Assembly: GCA_011109175.1 (NCBI GenBank)
Contig: RDEW01000009.1
Coordinates: 516,875-580,874, forward strand
DNA: 64,000 bases
From: Dicyema japonicum
Lineage: Eukaryota; Animalia; Dicyemida
Direction: 5' to 3'
Shown here: piece by piece, positions 26,332 through 40,715 of the stretch
Layout: every line of letters begins with the position of its first letter
Numbering within the stretch: position 1 is the stretch's first letter
Position numbers and translations under genes: made by a program
The notes under the pieces: model-generated
Databases searched by the model: none
Seen by the model: only the letters and a program-made list of their open reading frames with translations
What the model was told of the DNA's origin: nothing

Positions 26332-26749
26332 ATAATTATTTTTCAAAAACTGATTGATTTGTTTTTTATTTTGCTACCTGAAAGATTGTGATCGATTACT
26401 TACTAAGCTTACGTGACGTGACTTCTTGGACGGATTTTAATTTAAAAAAATTTTGAACAAAAAAAATCATTGCCGAAAAAGTGAGTAACCAGATATGAAG
26501 AATTTGAGTTTCTTACAATTTCGATCAATATCATACAGCTGAGTTATCGCACTTTAACCAAAACTCACTTATATACATACAACATTGAGCTTTAATAAGT
26601 GCAAAAGTCCGGGCTGTGGAGGTCTCGTTTGTCACTAATCGAAGCTCGCAACATGCCCGCCGCAGGTGTCTAGTATTCAATATAAAAACAACAGTTAAAA
26701 TATTTAATATTTTTTATAATTTTTAGTGGACCGCAGCTAAGTATCCGAT

Positions 26750-27010
26750 ACTCGCCGTTGAGAACCACTGGTTAGGAGGATCAACAAATTTTTCAATTCA
26801 GATTGATAGTATTGCATTATTAGTAATTTACGTACGTTACATCAATCAAAGTGATGTCATTCATTAAGAATTTTTATTTTCTGAACACCTTCAACACGAC
26901 ACAAAAGGCTTAACAATTTTAAAATTAAATCTTGAGGGCGCTGAAATTTCGAAGCTTCAAATTTTTATCAAAAGGGGCCGCTAACTTAAAAAAGGTTAAG
27001 AACCATTGGA
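26750..27010. mobile_element. hAT/MITE-like terminal sequences
   Basis: GTTGAGAACCACTG (~26757) and AAAAAAGGTTAAGAACCATTG (~26990) resemble hAT-type termini; no transposase seen. Confidence 0.4.
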
Positions 27011-28062
27011 ATAAACATCGCGTTCACAGTCATCGTGGGTTTTTATCGACTTAATTTTTTGACGGATGGAATCATTGTTAAATAGTATTCTTGCATAATC
27101 TCAAAGATTCGACTCCCATCACATTCATCCAGGAACAAGCAGTTGTACGGGAACAACATGCTTTTGCGATCATTTCAGATATACAAAGTTTCAAGTCAGT
27201 GAATGAAAAGTAGCAACAAAATATTAATTTGTATGTTGTTTGTATTTTTACAGTAATCGAGTTAACATTTTTTTTAATTTTTCAAAGTTTTCTCTACAAA
27301 TGAACAACAGCCTTAATGACTTTATGCTTTATTTGACGTGGCAATATTGCATGCACCTGGAATTTATTTCACATTTCTTCTTATTTAATGTTGACCATCA
27401 AAATGTTCAGATTTTTATTCAATAAATAATAATTTCTAATCATAAATTCCATCCCCAAATATATATCACCTAGGTTGAGAAACACAGAAAAATGTCATGT
27501 GGCTCGCTGACGACGTGGTGCCATTTAGAAGAAAAGAACTACACTTTCGCTTTCCAACTAAATGGACCAACAAGAAGGCCTATGCTGTTGTAGAGATGTT
27601 GAGGCAAACCCTACACCAGCCAGAATAGTTTATAATTAAGTCAATTTTATGTCAAAAATCACCCTAATTATTATAGAATATATTACCTAAAGATTTATAA
27701 TCAAATTTCCACAAATTATTGATTGCCAAAATTCAGTAAGAAATTATTAAAAAGCTAAGCCAAAAGCATTATGTTAAAAGTACCAATAAAATAGCGATTG
27801 ATTACAAGGAGACTTATTTAGTTAAAGACCAATATTGAAATTATTGTAGCTTTTACGGTAACCATGATACTATAGCCCGCACTTGCAGCAAAGACACAAT
27901 TTTGGAGCACAATTTTAGAATGTGGCTTTGAATTGATGCATATTTAATTTTAATAATACATAATTAAAAATGTTAATTTATTCAATTATTTAATCTAAAC
28001 AAATAAATTCTCTAAGAATTCTGTTGTGGTTTTTGGTGTGTTTTGCTGAATTCATTGTGGCA

Positions 28063-29012
28063 ATGTCGAAATTGTTGAAATTCAAGTGCAGACTGAAAAA
28101 TGGATCCAAGGAATTCGAGCTGCCTTATAATGCCACATACCAGAATTTAGTTGATACCATTTCTTCCATTTCCGGAAGGACAGCTGACGGTTTTAAGATT
28201 CTTGCAGGCTATCCTCCCAAAGAGTTCACTTCTACTGATCCTGAGTCTTCATTAGGTATCTTCCTTTGAATGGATATTTAGTATATTACAGCCAGTCTTG
28301 GAATATGTGGAAATATATTGTTCACAATACGGGAAGTTCAGACGAAGGATCAATCCCTCACATTGCAGGAAGAAATTGCCAAACAATTTGACGACAAAGT
28401 GGGATTTTTCACCAAACATGTCGTAAATGCTGACAATTCGTGCTTGTTTTCGTCAATAAATTACCTCATAAATGACCTTGATAGGTTTATTTATCGATAA
28501 TCGATAGTCCATCAAAGAATGAAAATGAAGCATTGAGGGCCATCGTTGTTTCCAGTATTCTGAGTGACCTCTGAAATAGTGAAACATTTTTGGAGATGAA
28601 TCCCCAGGATTACTGCAGGTGGATATCGGATTGCAATACCTGGGGAGGAGCTATTGAACTGGATGTGTTGTCTGCCCACTACAGGGTCCAAATTAATGTC
28701 GTGGACGTCACGGTCCCCCAGATAATCAAGTTTGGGGAGAACCTGGGGTATCAGAATATGGTGTTTATGGTTTACAATGGATCGCATTACGACGGCTTGA
28801 TTTTTGAGTTCGGCGATCCGTCTTTCCCTTCACAAAGAAGGTTCTCTACTGCTACGGACACTCATTTGTTTGAGAATGCTTTCGAATTGGCCAAGGAATT
28901 GAAGAATCTAGTGACGTCTTTCATTTGTTGTGACTGTAATGCTATATTTTATGGCAATCACGAGATTGCTAATCACTCCAAAATTACGGGACATGTGAAC
29001 TACACTAACTGA
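28063..29012 (+). CDS. YOD1: OTU1/YOD1 deubiquitinase (UBX-like, OTU, C2H2 zinc finger)
   Basis: ILAGYPPK, ADNSCLF (catalytic Cys), WGGAIEL, YNGSHYD (His), C..C...H...TGH; introns ~28256-28291 and ~28485-28508. Confidence 0.92.
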
Positions 29013-29759
29013 TTTATTTTTTAAATATTTGGTAGCCTACTTTAATAGATTTAAATTTTAAATTAATTGGACAACAAAGTGAATGTTGAAGTTTTGACTG
29101 TATAGCTATTTCCTTTCAATGTTGCGAGTGAAGCTTGTTCGAATAGCGGCGGAGATCGCTAAAACGTGCGGGAATCAAATTCCCAGTCGACAGAGAAATT
29201 CCAAACTCGAAAGTCAAATCACTTCGTCGGAAGGTCGCATTATAGATAGCTCACAAAAATAAAATAGATTTAATTGTTTTTTGAAAACAGATTTCGTGGA
29301 TACATGTGTTGATTTAAAAATTTAGTGGTTAATTAATGAATAGTTAATAATTAATATTTTATTGTTAATAAATTTTTCATTGATAAAAAAAAATTAATGA
29401 ATTGATTCTGGTTAATTCTTCACAGACTTTGTCAACACAAAATCATAACTATCATCCTATACGTTTATGGCAGATGGTCTTTATAGTTGTTGTATCTATC
29501 CTACTGATATCTTAGGTGTATCCGACACTCCTCTGCTCAGAACTTCTGGCTTCCACAATCTCCCGAGTATATCACCTTTTCCATGATCACTTTAGAAGAA
29601 AGACGAGAGTTTTCCATCATGAAGTAATTGGAAATTTCTGGCAATAGCGGTACATTACCACATCAATTTTCCGACCAATTAACCTCTTTAGTGTTTAATA
29701 ATTTTAGTAGCTAAAGTTATTCAAATTATTTGTCTTTATTGACTAGTACTTTTGCCCTT

Positions 29760-31118
29760 CACTTTCCCTTAAAGGTGTTCGAATAAGTAATTTTTGCAGC
29801 AAGTTGACGTCATCGGAACATAGGCAACTCTGCCGTCTGGCTTGTGTTGGCTATCACCAAACTAATGACCAGGATGCTTTCAGGTACAATATCAGAAACA
29901 ATTCGACACGTAATGTTCTCCCCCAAGATAATCGCATTCGACAAGAGGGGAGGGGGGATACGCCTTATTGCTGTCGGCTTGTTTTTTTGTCGGTTGCCCT
30001 CAAAGCTCTAATGCAGAGAAATCTTGCCTGCGCTTGTAACACAGCTACAACCAACCAAATACGGGTCAGCGCACTCGGGGTTGTGAAGCAGCAGTTCATG
30101 CTGTCCGTACATTTACTGAAAAAAACGAGAATATGTAATCTGGAAGATTGTTGTACATTCTACCTATCAGTGTACAACTATGTTCATAGCTCATATGGAA
30201 AACCTGGTTCAAGGCTAATTCGTCTAAAAAAATTCATTCCAGGTCCACAGTCAATACTTCATTCTATCGTCCTCTGGAGTCCAACAAGGAGACTCACTGG
30301 ACTCTGCCTTGGTCAGCCTGAAAATTGCCCGTATCACGGGATATTGTTCTACTCCTCTGAAAGTATGGTATTTGGATGATTGCACCATGAGGGGTCATCC
30401 GAAAGATGTGCTGGATTGCTTGAAAAGTCTGATAGTTCAAATGGAATCTCTATGCCTAACTCTGAACACTTCGAAATGTGAAGTGACACCTTGATGACGA
30501 TACAGTCCGCTTGGACTGAAGATTTTCCAGACTCATAAGTGCCGGTGTGGTGGTACCGTCGACTGTTATAAACATGATGCCCTTTCTTGTAGAAGTGCAG
30601 GACAATTCCCAAGATGTAAGAAGATCAACGGAATTGTTAAGCGAAGCCTGGAATCTTCTGGATACCTCTCCATACTTGAACCTGTTGACTTAGACAGAGG
30701 AAATGGAAAACGGTCTGACGGAATCACAATTATTCCATCGAGGAGGGGAAACCTTTGGTATGTAATGCTACGTGCGTCGACCCCTTTTTCTCATCCAACA
30801 TTGTGGGGAGCGCGGTAGACAGACTGTAATATAATGAGGGCAAACGACCTTTTTTCTCATCAAACGGAAAAAATAATGAGGGCAAAGGAGAAAAAATACA
30901 AGCATTACGCGATCGATTCACGTTCTACCCCATCGTTAGTTGAGAAAACAGGAGGAATAAGCGGGAAATCGCTTCGTTTCCTAAAGAAACTCGGACGACT
31001 AGCTACACTAAAAAGTCACGAAGCACTTGAGACTCGGTGGCTTCTCCAATTGATCTCTGTTACGATGGCGAGAGGCAACTTAACGTTGATTATGTCGGCG
31101 GGGACCAATTTTGATTGA
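29760..31118 (+). mobile_element. Degraded CRE-like RT/RLE retrotransposon
   Basis: GVQQGD, WYLDD, LNTSKCE, DRGNGKRSDGIT, KEKKY, ISVTMARGN. Confidence 0.8.
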
Positions 31119-33173
31119 TTTTGTGTTTTAATAAATTAATTAAGTCAACAAATTGTCCAATCATTTTCAATGTTTTTTATGCTTTTAACGTCTTTGCTAT
31201 TAATATCACATAGGGATTAAAAAATAAATTGTTTTCCGATGGAAATTATTAAGTGTTGACAAACAGCATTATGTTGAAGAATCGACTAGGTCACAATCTC
31301 AGTTGGGAACTTTTTAAATAAAAAATTAAAAGCCAAGAGTTTTCTATTAAAAGTCGATTTAGGAGATGTTGATGAGATTTAATTATTAATTTTTTAATGG
31401 AAAACTTTGCTATTCGTCAAATTAATTCAAATAACTCCAAACACTGCATCTCTTGTTATCTATATGACGCAAGGTGGGCCACTCCTTTCTTATCTAGATC
31501 CTGCGCCACAGCAGATACGTCTGAATGATCTCTGGAAGAGTAAGCTTTTAGTTGTTACTTTTTCTGTTAGTACCCAGTTATTCACGTGAAGTAACTGGGA
31601 GTAAATAAATAACCACAAAAAGATTCCAAACCTACATTCGATATCAAAAAATTAGCTCCTGTCTTTGTAGTCACAAAAACTTCATTCTTGCCGCCTATCG
31701 ATTTTCAATGAACCCTGAGGTTTCAACTGCGACAGCCCGGAAGACGAGGAATATTGAAATATCTAAGGCATTCATCACATTCCTATCTATTTGGAAAAGT
31801 CACCTAAACCCCAATAAACCGAAGGTTCCCCTTCTGAAGGAACTAGTCTTAAAAATAATACCAGATCTGTTTTTACATTAATTCCAAAGGACGACGTATT
31901 CGATTCACAACTCCATGCGAGACCTACCAACAGCGTTGTCTTTTAAGGATCTAAAGTCTTCAACTTGATGGCCCGAAACATATTGGTAAAGAAAGTCTTA
32001 AACTAAAACTCAAGTTATGGTTAGTTAAGTTACGCATTAGAAGAGATTCGGGTTTTGCTGATTTCTTAAGATCCAGAATTCAGCTTAAATGATGTCCTTG
32101 AGGATACCCTTACTCACCAGCACTCTTCGACTTTTTTTCTGAACTAATAACTTCAATTCAGTTGTAGTAAGCAGAAGCTTTTGTCATCACAAATCAGTTC
32201 TTTAATCGGCTACGATAATAATACAATCGTCCTGATTAGAATCCCTAAGACTTCCTCTTGCACTGATCATAATCTATTCGTATGATTCTTGTTCGATTGA
32301 GAAATCTTGTAGTGAGTGGTCCCTGAAAATCAGTGTATTGAACGAAAGTCGCTTAAACTGACGAAGGAATAAGGAAAAATTATTTTTAAGCTGAAAACTG
32401 ATTTTTAAGTTTTTTCCTCAATAATTTTCGATGTTATTTTTCTGCCTCTTCTACCTCATCGACTATTTCTATACAACGGACCACGAAAATCCTCGAATAA
32501 GTATCTCTAGATATGATTGAGAAAATTATTTGATTGTCTACCCATTAGTGTCCTATATATCATTTTATTGCAATAATTTGGGCATTATAAGAGCGGATGG
32601 CTGGTAAACTTTAATATTGTGTCAAAAAGTTTCAAAAACTGAGACGGTCTTCTCCGTAAGATTTTTCCTGTTGATTCCTCCAACGTGAAGAACAGTCCTT
32701 AGTGAGTTACAAAATTAATTGTGTGTCTGACTAGAATTGATTTCCAGCAATAAACTGAATTTATTTTAGGAAATAGTAAATTAAAGAAATACCCAACCTT
32801 CTGGCTTGCTAAGAAATATACAATCAATTTCCCATGAAAAGCCAATTTAGTCAAAACCGGGTTGACTGTAAGACCAGGTTTTTAGAAGACACTATAATAA
32901 TTTGTTTGTTTAAACGGAAAGATTTCATTATTTATACAGTTAAAATGATGAATTTGATAAACTTTGAGATTGGGAATCTTTAGGAAGAAATTTTGATAAA
33001 GCGCGCGTACTAGTGACCAGTGCATGAAATAGACTGATTTGACCGCTCAACGTTTAAACACAATTTTATTAATAAATAATTATTTTATATAAATTTTTGA
33101 CTAACAGTAATTATTTATTAATTATATCACAAATTCCAGGAAAAATTAATTCTGTAATAAATTTAATTGTCCA

Positions 33174-33954
33174 GATGTTCTCAAATGGAACCCGAGATTT
33201 ATTTTTAATAGTCCTCCTTATCAGCAGACTACTAAATTCATAGAAAGACACAAGTTTAGATAAACCTTGGCTTATCACTCACCTAATTGTAGGTCAAGTG
33301 GAAACGACGTCTGTTCTGTCGTACATCATCTAAGTCATACTCAAAGAGCTATTCGATTAGCCACAAGCTGTGCACAATTTTTCCTTGATCTCCCAGAAAA
33401 GAGCCCAGTCGATCAACTTTGCGTTGAAATTTACCAAATGTCATTCGATCGATCCTTCACGTAAGACGTCTTTAATTTGTATACTAAAATCGCGCATATT
33501 TTTTAAATTTAATAGAATGTGCCAATCATATGTCACTAATAGGCTCAAAAATTCGAATGGTCCCGGAAACCCTTCCAAAAGACCCCCGCCTATAGACGAA
33601 TCCAACAAAGTATGGTACCCGGCTTATTCTAGGAAAATATATTTGTTGTTACGAACCCTAAAAGAATTCGTAATAAACGTCTTGAAAGAGTTTGTTTTCA
33701 GATAATTTTAGAAAGTTTCAAAAAACGGGAAAACAATAACATGCCCTCTCTGCAGAAAATCTAGATATGTGGACTGCAATTACAGAATGATCACGTGTCC
33801 GAACTGCAAACATAGATTTTGCAAATTTTGTAAAATCGCTTCACATGCCTTTAATAATTGTCTCCCAATCGTCGAATCCCCCGAAACTACCACTCCCTGG
33901 GTGATATATATTTCAGAACCAATATTGCCGAATATGTATTTAAACACTCTCTAA
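33174..33954 (+). other. Possible gene or pseudogene with an IBR/RING-like Cys/His cluster
   Basis: CPLCRK...CPNCKHRFCKFCKIASHAFNNC; exon structure not resolved. Confidence 0.35.
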
Positions 33955-35219
33955 GACAGATTGTTCATATAAACAAACTTTTATGTAAATTCCAAATAAA
34001 ATGTATTTATGCTTCAATAAATTGTCAGTTGGCAGTTTTAATTAATCCATGGCAGTTTTATAATTTGATAACCCAGACACGGCATTAAATAACTCTGAGT
34101 ATCTACACTTTGATTTCCAATACGAGTAGTCACTAGCTCTAAACATAATTTCCAATTTTCGTGAAAAGGGATCACTAAGGAATTTATAAGTCAACTAACA
34201 CTATTGTTCCTTTTCAAGGCTGATTTGTCCAGGTTCTTCTAATTTTGAACCAGACGAGACTAGAAGCCAGTGCATAGTGTACAATACGCTTACTTGTTCC
34301 AAAACTGTGTATGCCTAGTGTCTCCAGAGTCCATCATTTTGTAATTCCCCACCAGACAAGAAGATCAAAATGTCGCATCCACCGTTAATATATTCGTGCA
34401 ATAGAGGTATGTCAATCACCGACAACTAACTATCTTAACCCACGTGAGAAAAGGTCTCCATGAGGATTGTTTTGGTCTTCCAAAGTGAATTTGTGGGTAT
34501 TAAGAATGAATTTGTTGTGTGACATTAAAACAATTAAATAAATGTGACAGAAAAGTTTGATGCTTTAATGTCGTCTGTCATTATTGTAACATTAAAATGA
34601 GCAAACCATGCATCCACAGCACGAGTCTGTCACATTTAATGAAAACATTAAGTCCATCTTATCTTATGGGAATGGGAACATTAACGGGTACACTCAATCA
34701 CTCCTTAGACGACTATTGAAACAAATGTTGTTTACACATAACAAATTGGATGTGAGTATTTGATGGTCCTTTGATCAATTACAGGTGACTCCCGCTTTGT
34801 CGACAATCACAGATTACATTCAAAAATCAAAAATGCAATTTAACTTTATTTAAAGGTTCTAAATTCCACCCACAGAAACGTCGTATGTCCAATGTCTCCT
34901 CTCAGGTAGCTATCAAGATTAACTGAAAGAGGCACTGGGTTTCGTTGACGTGAAGGTTTCTATGTGTGACCAGATATCCCAGATTCTTGAGGAAAGATAG
35001 ACTTGCTATTATAAAATTATAATCAAATCTAACAGACCTGCAAATTATTATCGAATTTATAATCAATATTGAAATTGTAATTTATTGAATTTAAAAATAG
35101 TTTTTTATATGCTCTGTTGGTTATTATGCAAATTTTTAATTTTAAATTTTTAGTGACAATCAAAATTGATTTTTTTAGATTTTTGCTTAATTTGGGTAAT
35201 TTATTAAACATTTACGGAA

Positions 35220-35516
35220 ACTATTAGGCTCGGAGTGGCCAAAGGAATTTTCAAATGAGTCGTGCAACCAAATCAATCCCATTGAGCATGGAAATCTTTG
35301 AATCAACTTGGAGACTTTCTGGGCAAGTACTACGTACGACAAAAGAAGACCCCCTTTAGAGGAAGGCCGAGGGTCACTCTCAAGGATCTTAAGATGATTG
35401 GAAAGAAACTCGAATATCTTGACAACCCGAAAGATTTACGGTCGCTTGCTGTGGACAGTTGCTGTGACCAGTTGGAACGCTTGATGGCAGTCGACCTCCT
35501 AGTGAAGTTAAACTAA
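35220..35516 (+). mobile_element. RTE LINE 3' fragment
   Basis: FRGRPRVTL...DLRSLAVD. Confidence 0.65.
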
Positions 35517-36249
35517 CTTACTAATGCTACGACTCTGACGAGGTAGCTTGGCGGTTAAGACGTCTTCCCCCGTGACTACTAGTTAGAAGCTTTCTCTTCC
35601 TTTTCTCTGTTACTTACCTTCTTCCACGTGATTCATGCGATGCATCTGTTTAATAAAATTTTAATGAATCTGATAATTCTTTTTATGCTAAAAATCATTC
35701 TTATTTGTCGATTCCATCCACCGAAAAGTTGGATTGAGAATTGATTTACTTTCTGATTAATCACCTTGAAGAAGAGAATATTAATTATAGTTATTTAAAA
35801 AAGTTATTATTTTATTATTATTTTGAGAGATCAATGCAGCCTCGGGGCCTTCATGGCTGACAATGTAGCAAAACGTGATATGTGCTTAACGTGATGTCTT
35901 GTGGCTCACCCGAAAAAATGTCACCAATTCCGGAAAGGAGCGAAAAGAGCAATCAAATTCTCCACCATTTGGGGGTTCCCTTCAAAGAAAAACTTTCCGC
36001 GTTAAAAAAATGTCGGAGTGCAGTGGAAACGTTCTAGGCAACTTAATATAGACCGTAAGTGTCTAAGAAGCTGGCATAAAAATTTCAATTTCTGTAAAAG
36101 ACATCACCTGACAAGTACTCGAATAACAGATGTAGGCCAACATATAATAGGCCTATCAAAGAAAACAAGGAATTGCTGATTATTTTTTGGCATGGGCTTA
36201 TTTTTCGGAAGGACTTATTTTAGGAAAACCCAGTTACCATCAGAATCCA

Positions 36250-37680
36250 GCTGTTACCGTCCCTTTGGATTAATTTGGTCAATTTATACATTCTGTCAAT
36301 AGGATCCTGTCAACCCCCGCCTCTTAGAACTTAAGATCTAATATGCGGTGACCTTAATCCCCGACACTCCGTTTGGCTTGCTTCACAGTCCTTTGACAGC
36401 CGAGGCGAGTTTATCGCACGGGTCTCATTGATATGATTATCCTGAATGACCCTAAATTACACACAAGAACCCCATTAAGGAGCACTAATAGCTTCACTTC
36501 TCCCGATTTAACTTCATATTCACCCTCTTTAGTAGGACTTGCTACATAGAATGTGAATTATGATTTTTCCAACGGCCACAATCACATCCTTCTCATGTTA
36601 AAAAGATTTTGGAGACGCCTGACATATCAGACTGAAGTGAAAAGATTAAAGAACTATAGGAAGGTTGATTGGTCTGGCTTCAGTAACCTGGCTGACATGC
36701 AATTGGCCAAAAGGACTCTTATCACATATACGTTCAATAATAGTGCTCAAAATGCCATTCAAAAGGCTGACAAACATATATTCTTCTCCATTATACAAAA
36801 AATTTATACCATCAATTCCCGGATATTACACTCATAAAACGAAGAAACCTTACGAAAACGATGTCACCTGATGGACTTGATATCTTTGAATTTCATCAGA
36901 CAACTAAATGAAGGTACCAACCAGAGCTTAAAAGACCACCAGGCTCCGAGGATGGCGTCATCTGGTCAATTGCCTCAGCAGGAAAAACTTCATCCCGTCA
37001 ATTATGGAAAACACTAAAACAAATTAAATCAGAGTTGGAAGATGCTAATGGAACTCATAACTCTTCTCCAGAACACATTTGTCATATAAACCCAACCTAC
37101 TGATGAAACATTATACTGCGGAGCTTCAAGACATTCTCTAAACACATGGATATCAAAGTACGTTCCCATAAACCGAAGAAGGAACCTTACTAAGAACTAT
37201 TATCAGACAAGTAGGTCGTTGGATTATATAACTCACGGGCCCTGACAAAGCAGACTCACCACCTAAACCACAATGCAATTGGCTATTTCACGTAAATATT
37301 TAACCTGTCTATTAACTACAATATTATTCCCAAGATTTGAAATAACTCTGCTATCAAACCAGTTTAGAAACGAAAGGAGAACATGCTTCATACACGCCGA
37401 TATCCCTAACCAGCAAATTATCAAAACTTGTCGAAAAACTGGTACTATCGGCCATTACTCCGTTCTCCCTCGATCGGCTTTCCATCACGGTCTTCATCTT
37501 GGAAGGTCCATCACTACCCATTTAACCACACTATCCAAATTCAATTCCGATGTATTTTTAACGAACCCTCCACACATGCGAACCATAATGGTCTCCATCG
37601 ACATAAACAAGGCTTTCGACAAAGTCCCGAGGAAGCTTTTAATTGGGAAGATTTTTGACTCAAAAGTTTATCCAAACTAA
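36250..37680 (+). mobile_element. Degraded APE-RT LINE
   Basis: CGDLNPRHSVW, NYRKVDW, AFHHG, IDINKAFDKV. Confidence 0.75.
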
Positions 37681-37682
37681 AG

Positions 37683-37833
37683 CTTAAAATGCTGGAGAGA
37701 AAGGCGTCCGTCTTCGCTCCCACGGTTCCAGTTGTTTCAACAGCAATGAGGGTGAAATGGTATTGGTCTCAGAGGGATTCGTATTTACGGATCTTCTTGG
37801 CCTCCGCCTGGTCGGCTGCTTCTCCAGAAGAGT
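37683..37833 (-). mobile_element. CRE-like RLE fragment, close copy of 47318-47462
   Basis: High nucleotide similarity (AADQAEAKKIRKYESL). Confidence 0.85.
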
Positions 37834-38884
37834 AATATGTATTTTACCTACATATTAAATTTATCGTAATTATGGCTGTTCTGTAACTTGGAGTTGTTTT
37901 AGGCGGGAAAATATAGAGCAACACAATATTCTAGCTTTGAGTCTCATCATAGTGTCAGTAATGATCCTTTCGTGTCACTAAAGATGCACGTCAAACTCAA
38001 TTGTCCCCCTATTAAAGATTTGGAGACATAAGCCTCGTAATCTTAAGTTTGTCATTCAGTTTGTTGAGATACGAGAGGTCGAATGACTACATCCACAAGG
38101 TTATAGGGACATTTGGCAGTAGAACTCCGTCAACAGACCAATCAATGAGTCACGTAGATTCTGGATTACTTGCTAAATAACCTGAAATGATTAGGCGATT
38201 AGACCACAGAATATAAACCATTTTAAACTTCTTCCTGACAAACCCGTTTTCTTCTCGTAAATATCCTAATAATGGAAAAGGACCACGTGTCTATGACCCA
38301 ATCCCAAATTAAAATTTATGGGGAAACTCACATGTTAAACAGATAGAATTATACTTATAAACCACGTGTGAGTCGACCTTTATCATTTATTAAAAGCACT
38401 GATCGAGAAATAATAATTATGTTAAGATTACTTGTGCCACCTGACAGATCCGGACAACTTACTTCGTCCAGGCTCCTCCTGTTCCGTGGTCTTTTTCGGA
38501 GGTTGGCGAGATCTTGTGTGAGGTGTTTACCATTGATTTTTGTTAAGTCGGCGGTAAGAACAACCAGAGGGATTATTCTTGATTTTTAAAATTTCGGGGA
38601 TTCCTCCGCGAAATACATTCCGTCGCATAATGATGGGAGTTGTAGGGTCAAGGCGCAGTATGCGTCCGAAAAGTTTTCATCGATCTTAGATGATCGTTTA
38701 TGACAGTTTCTGATCTTGTTCGGATGGGCGTCTTTTTTGTCCATTGGTCACCAATGACTATAATATTATAAACGAGATTAAGTCGACCTTTAATTTTTAA
38801 AATTAGTTAAATCACAGATATAATTCACTTGAGTATATTTTTTTCTAGGTTATAATTTTTATTTATTACGAAAACAAGACAATC

Positions 38885-39560
38885 AAAATAATTGAGCTGA
38901 AATAATGGGATTGCTGTTTCCTGACAACTGCCAGAGAAATCCTTTGGAACAACCATTCGGTTTCCCGACGTTCGTTGCTGACTTTAGAGATCATAGACCC
39001 AAGCGATCTTAGGGGGCGAAGACTCCGCTTGTCTCGACAACACATGGAATCTTGTATAGAGCCTGTCGTATTTTTTTATCTTGAAATTCTTGAAAGTCCG
39101 AGCAGCCTCCCCAGCTTTCAACGCGGAACCAGCAAGTTTCGAATGTGAAATGGTGTCGGTACAAGCCCATCCTAAATCAAGCATTTTCCTCGAGAGAAGG
39201 GGAAGACAGTTACCCTATCTGGGCGCTTTCCATTTTCATGATCCAGGCTAACCGGTTCCAGATATAACGGGAATCCAGCCGCCTCAAGAGAGCGTTTCAC
39301 AACCCGTTGATGGCTGCATGCCTGGGAACGGCCTCTGCTGAAACGCAAAAAGCGGGTGAAATCCTTTGCAGTCCAACAGATCCACAACGTCATGGATGAG
39401 GCTGGCACAGGTCGATCCCGAGAAAGATTGATATCCCATTTCGGAGGGCGTACTGTTCCAGAGAACCAATTAACGATGATGGGAACACGTTCAGCCAAGC
39501 ACCGCTGTGAAGGGGAGAAGACTACATGCAAGTCTTCCGCTTCCATAAGGGACGAATGAG
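38885..39560 (-). mobile_element. CRE-like element 3' end
   Basis: LEPVSLDHENGKRPDRVTVFPFSRGKCL, KIKKY. Confidence 0.8.
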
Positions 39561-40349
39561 TATTTTTTGTACTATAGTATGTCATTGTTGTATAAAACTA
39601 TTGCACAGTAAATTCTACTAATTTGTGATTAGGTAATCCTCATATTTTCTATTCTCATTAGTGAGGACAGCATGTGGTGGATTTGTGAAATCTATTCATG
39701 ACATGGTAATGCCTAAATGGAGGGACTTAACCCCAAATAATGTCGAGAGAAACCACACTGTATAGAGTAATATCACACGTGGATGATTATATTGAATTGT
39801 TGAAAAGTTTTGGTTATAATAATGTAGTTTCCCTTCAATTTGTTATTGTCCTATATGATTTTTTTCTGATAAATTATTAACCCCCAAAGGAAGTTGAAAT
39901 TTGCTAAGGAGAAAAGTGATGATTCTACAGATTGGGTGAATTTAGATAATCATTTTTAATGGAGGTTTATTAAAGTCAGGACCACCTCTCATTGCCTCCC
40001 TATGAATATTTAAACCTACCTAAAGACGACAGTATCGTGTGTTCCATCGATTCTTAATTACAGGATTGCACATAACCCCCGTTTATCTCTGTATAAACAT
40101 AAAGCATTACATCTAATTAGTGAAGTCTCGTTCCTTATTAAAAATCGCCTAAGATTAGTTGCATTATTACAATTCCAGTCACCATTACGGATTACCAGGT
40201 AATAATCCTCTGTAGTTCCACATAAACATAAGAAATGACCCTTAGAAGGGAATAGCAGCATTACGGGATAATTGCATATAAAAATTGTTAAAAAAAGACA
40301 AGAATTATTTAAAAAATCAAGGAAACAGTAAACTACCGTCGTTTTGATA

Positions 40350-40461
40350 CAAATTGTATAAAGCTGTCGCATTTTTTTATCTTGAAATTCTTGAAAGTCC
40401 AAGCAGCCTCCCCAGCTTTCAACGCGGAACCAGCAAGTTTCGACTGTGAAATGGTGTCGGC
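40350..40461 (-). mobile_element. Short CRE-like fragment, near copy of ~39060-39158, abutting the SmD3 stop
   Basis: Shared GCAGCCTCCCCAGCTTTCAACGCGGAACCAGCAAGTTTCGA. Confidence 0.85.
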
Positions 40462-40715
40462 TCAATGCTTAGATTGCTTGTTGACAAACATTGGGGCATG
40501 TTTGAGAATATCTGGGTATACTATCAGTCTGATTCGACTTCCACGAATAAACTTGCTTATGTAGTGGTCCATCATTTCATTCCTATAAGTGACTGCTACG
40601 TCCCCCAGTTGGCAATTCATGTTGTCCTCGGCTTCAACAAGTTTACCGGGCATAGTGGTCCCGTTGCACATCTCAACAGTTACAATGACTAACAGATTGG
40701 AATTCTAATTGACAT
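40462..40715 (-). pseudogene. SNRPD3: snRNP Sm D3 copy, apparently disrupted
   Basis: MSIRIPI, then a deletion/stop replacing the expected KxLHEAEGH, then IVTVE...GKLVEAEDNMNCQL...IRGSRIR...PDILKHAPMF; no RG tail. Confidence 0.75.

Noticed and set aside
26580-26675. Helitron 3' end (GC-rich segment followed by CTAG)
   Set aside because: The hairpin is weak, single copy in the window, and no 5' end or helicase is present.
31400-33000. Possible micro-intron genes here and at 23200-23985, 34200-35000, 37850-38800 and 44270-46060
   Set aside because: Coding-like, but I could not build a consistent spliced ORF or recognise a domain.
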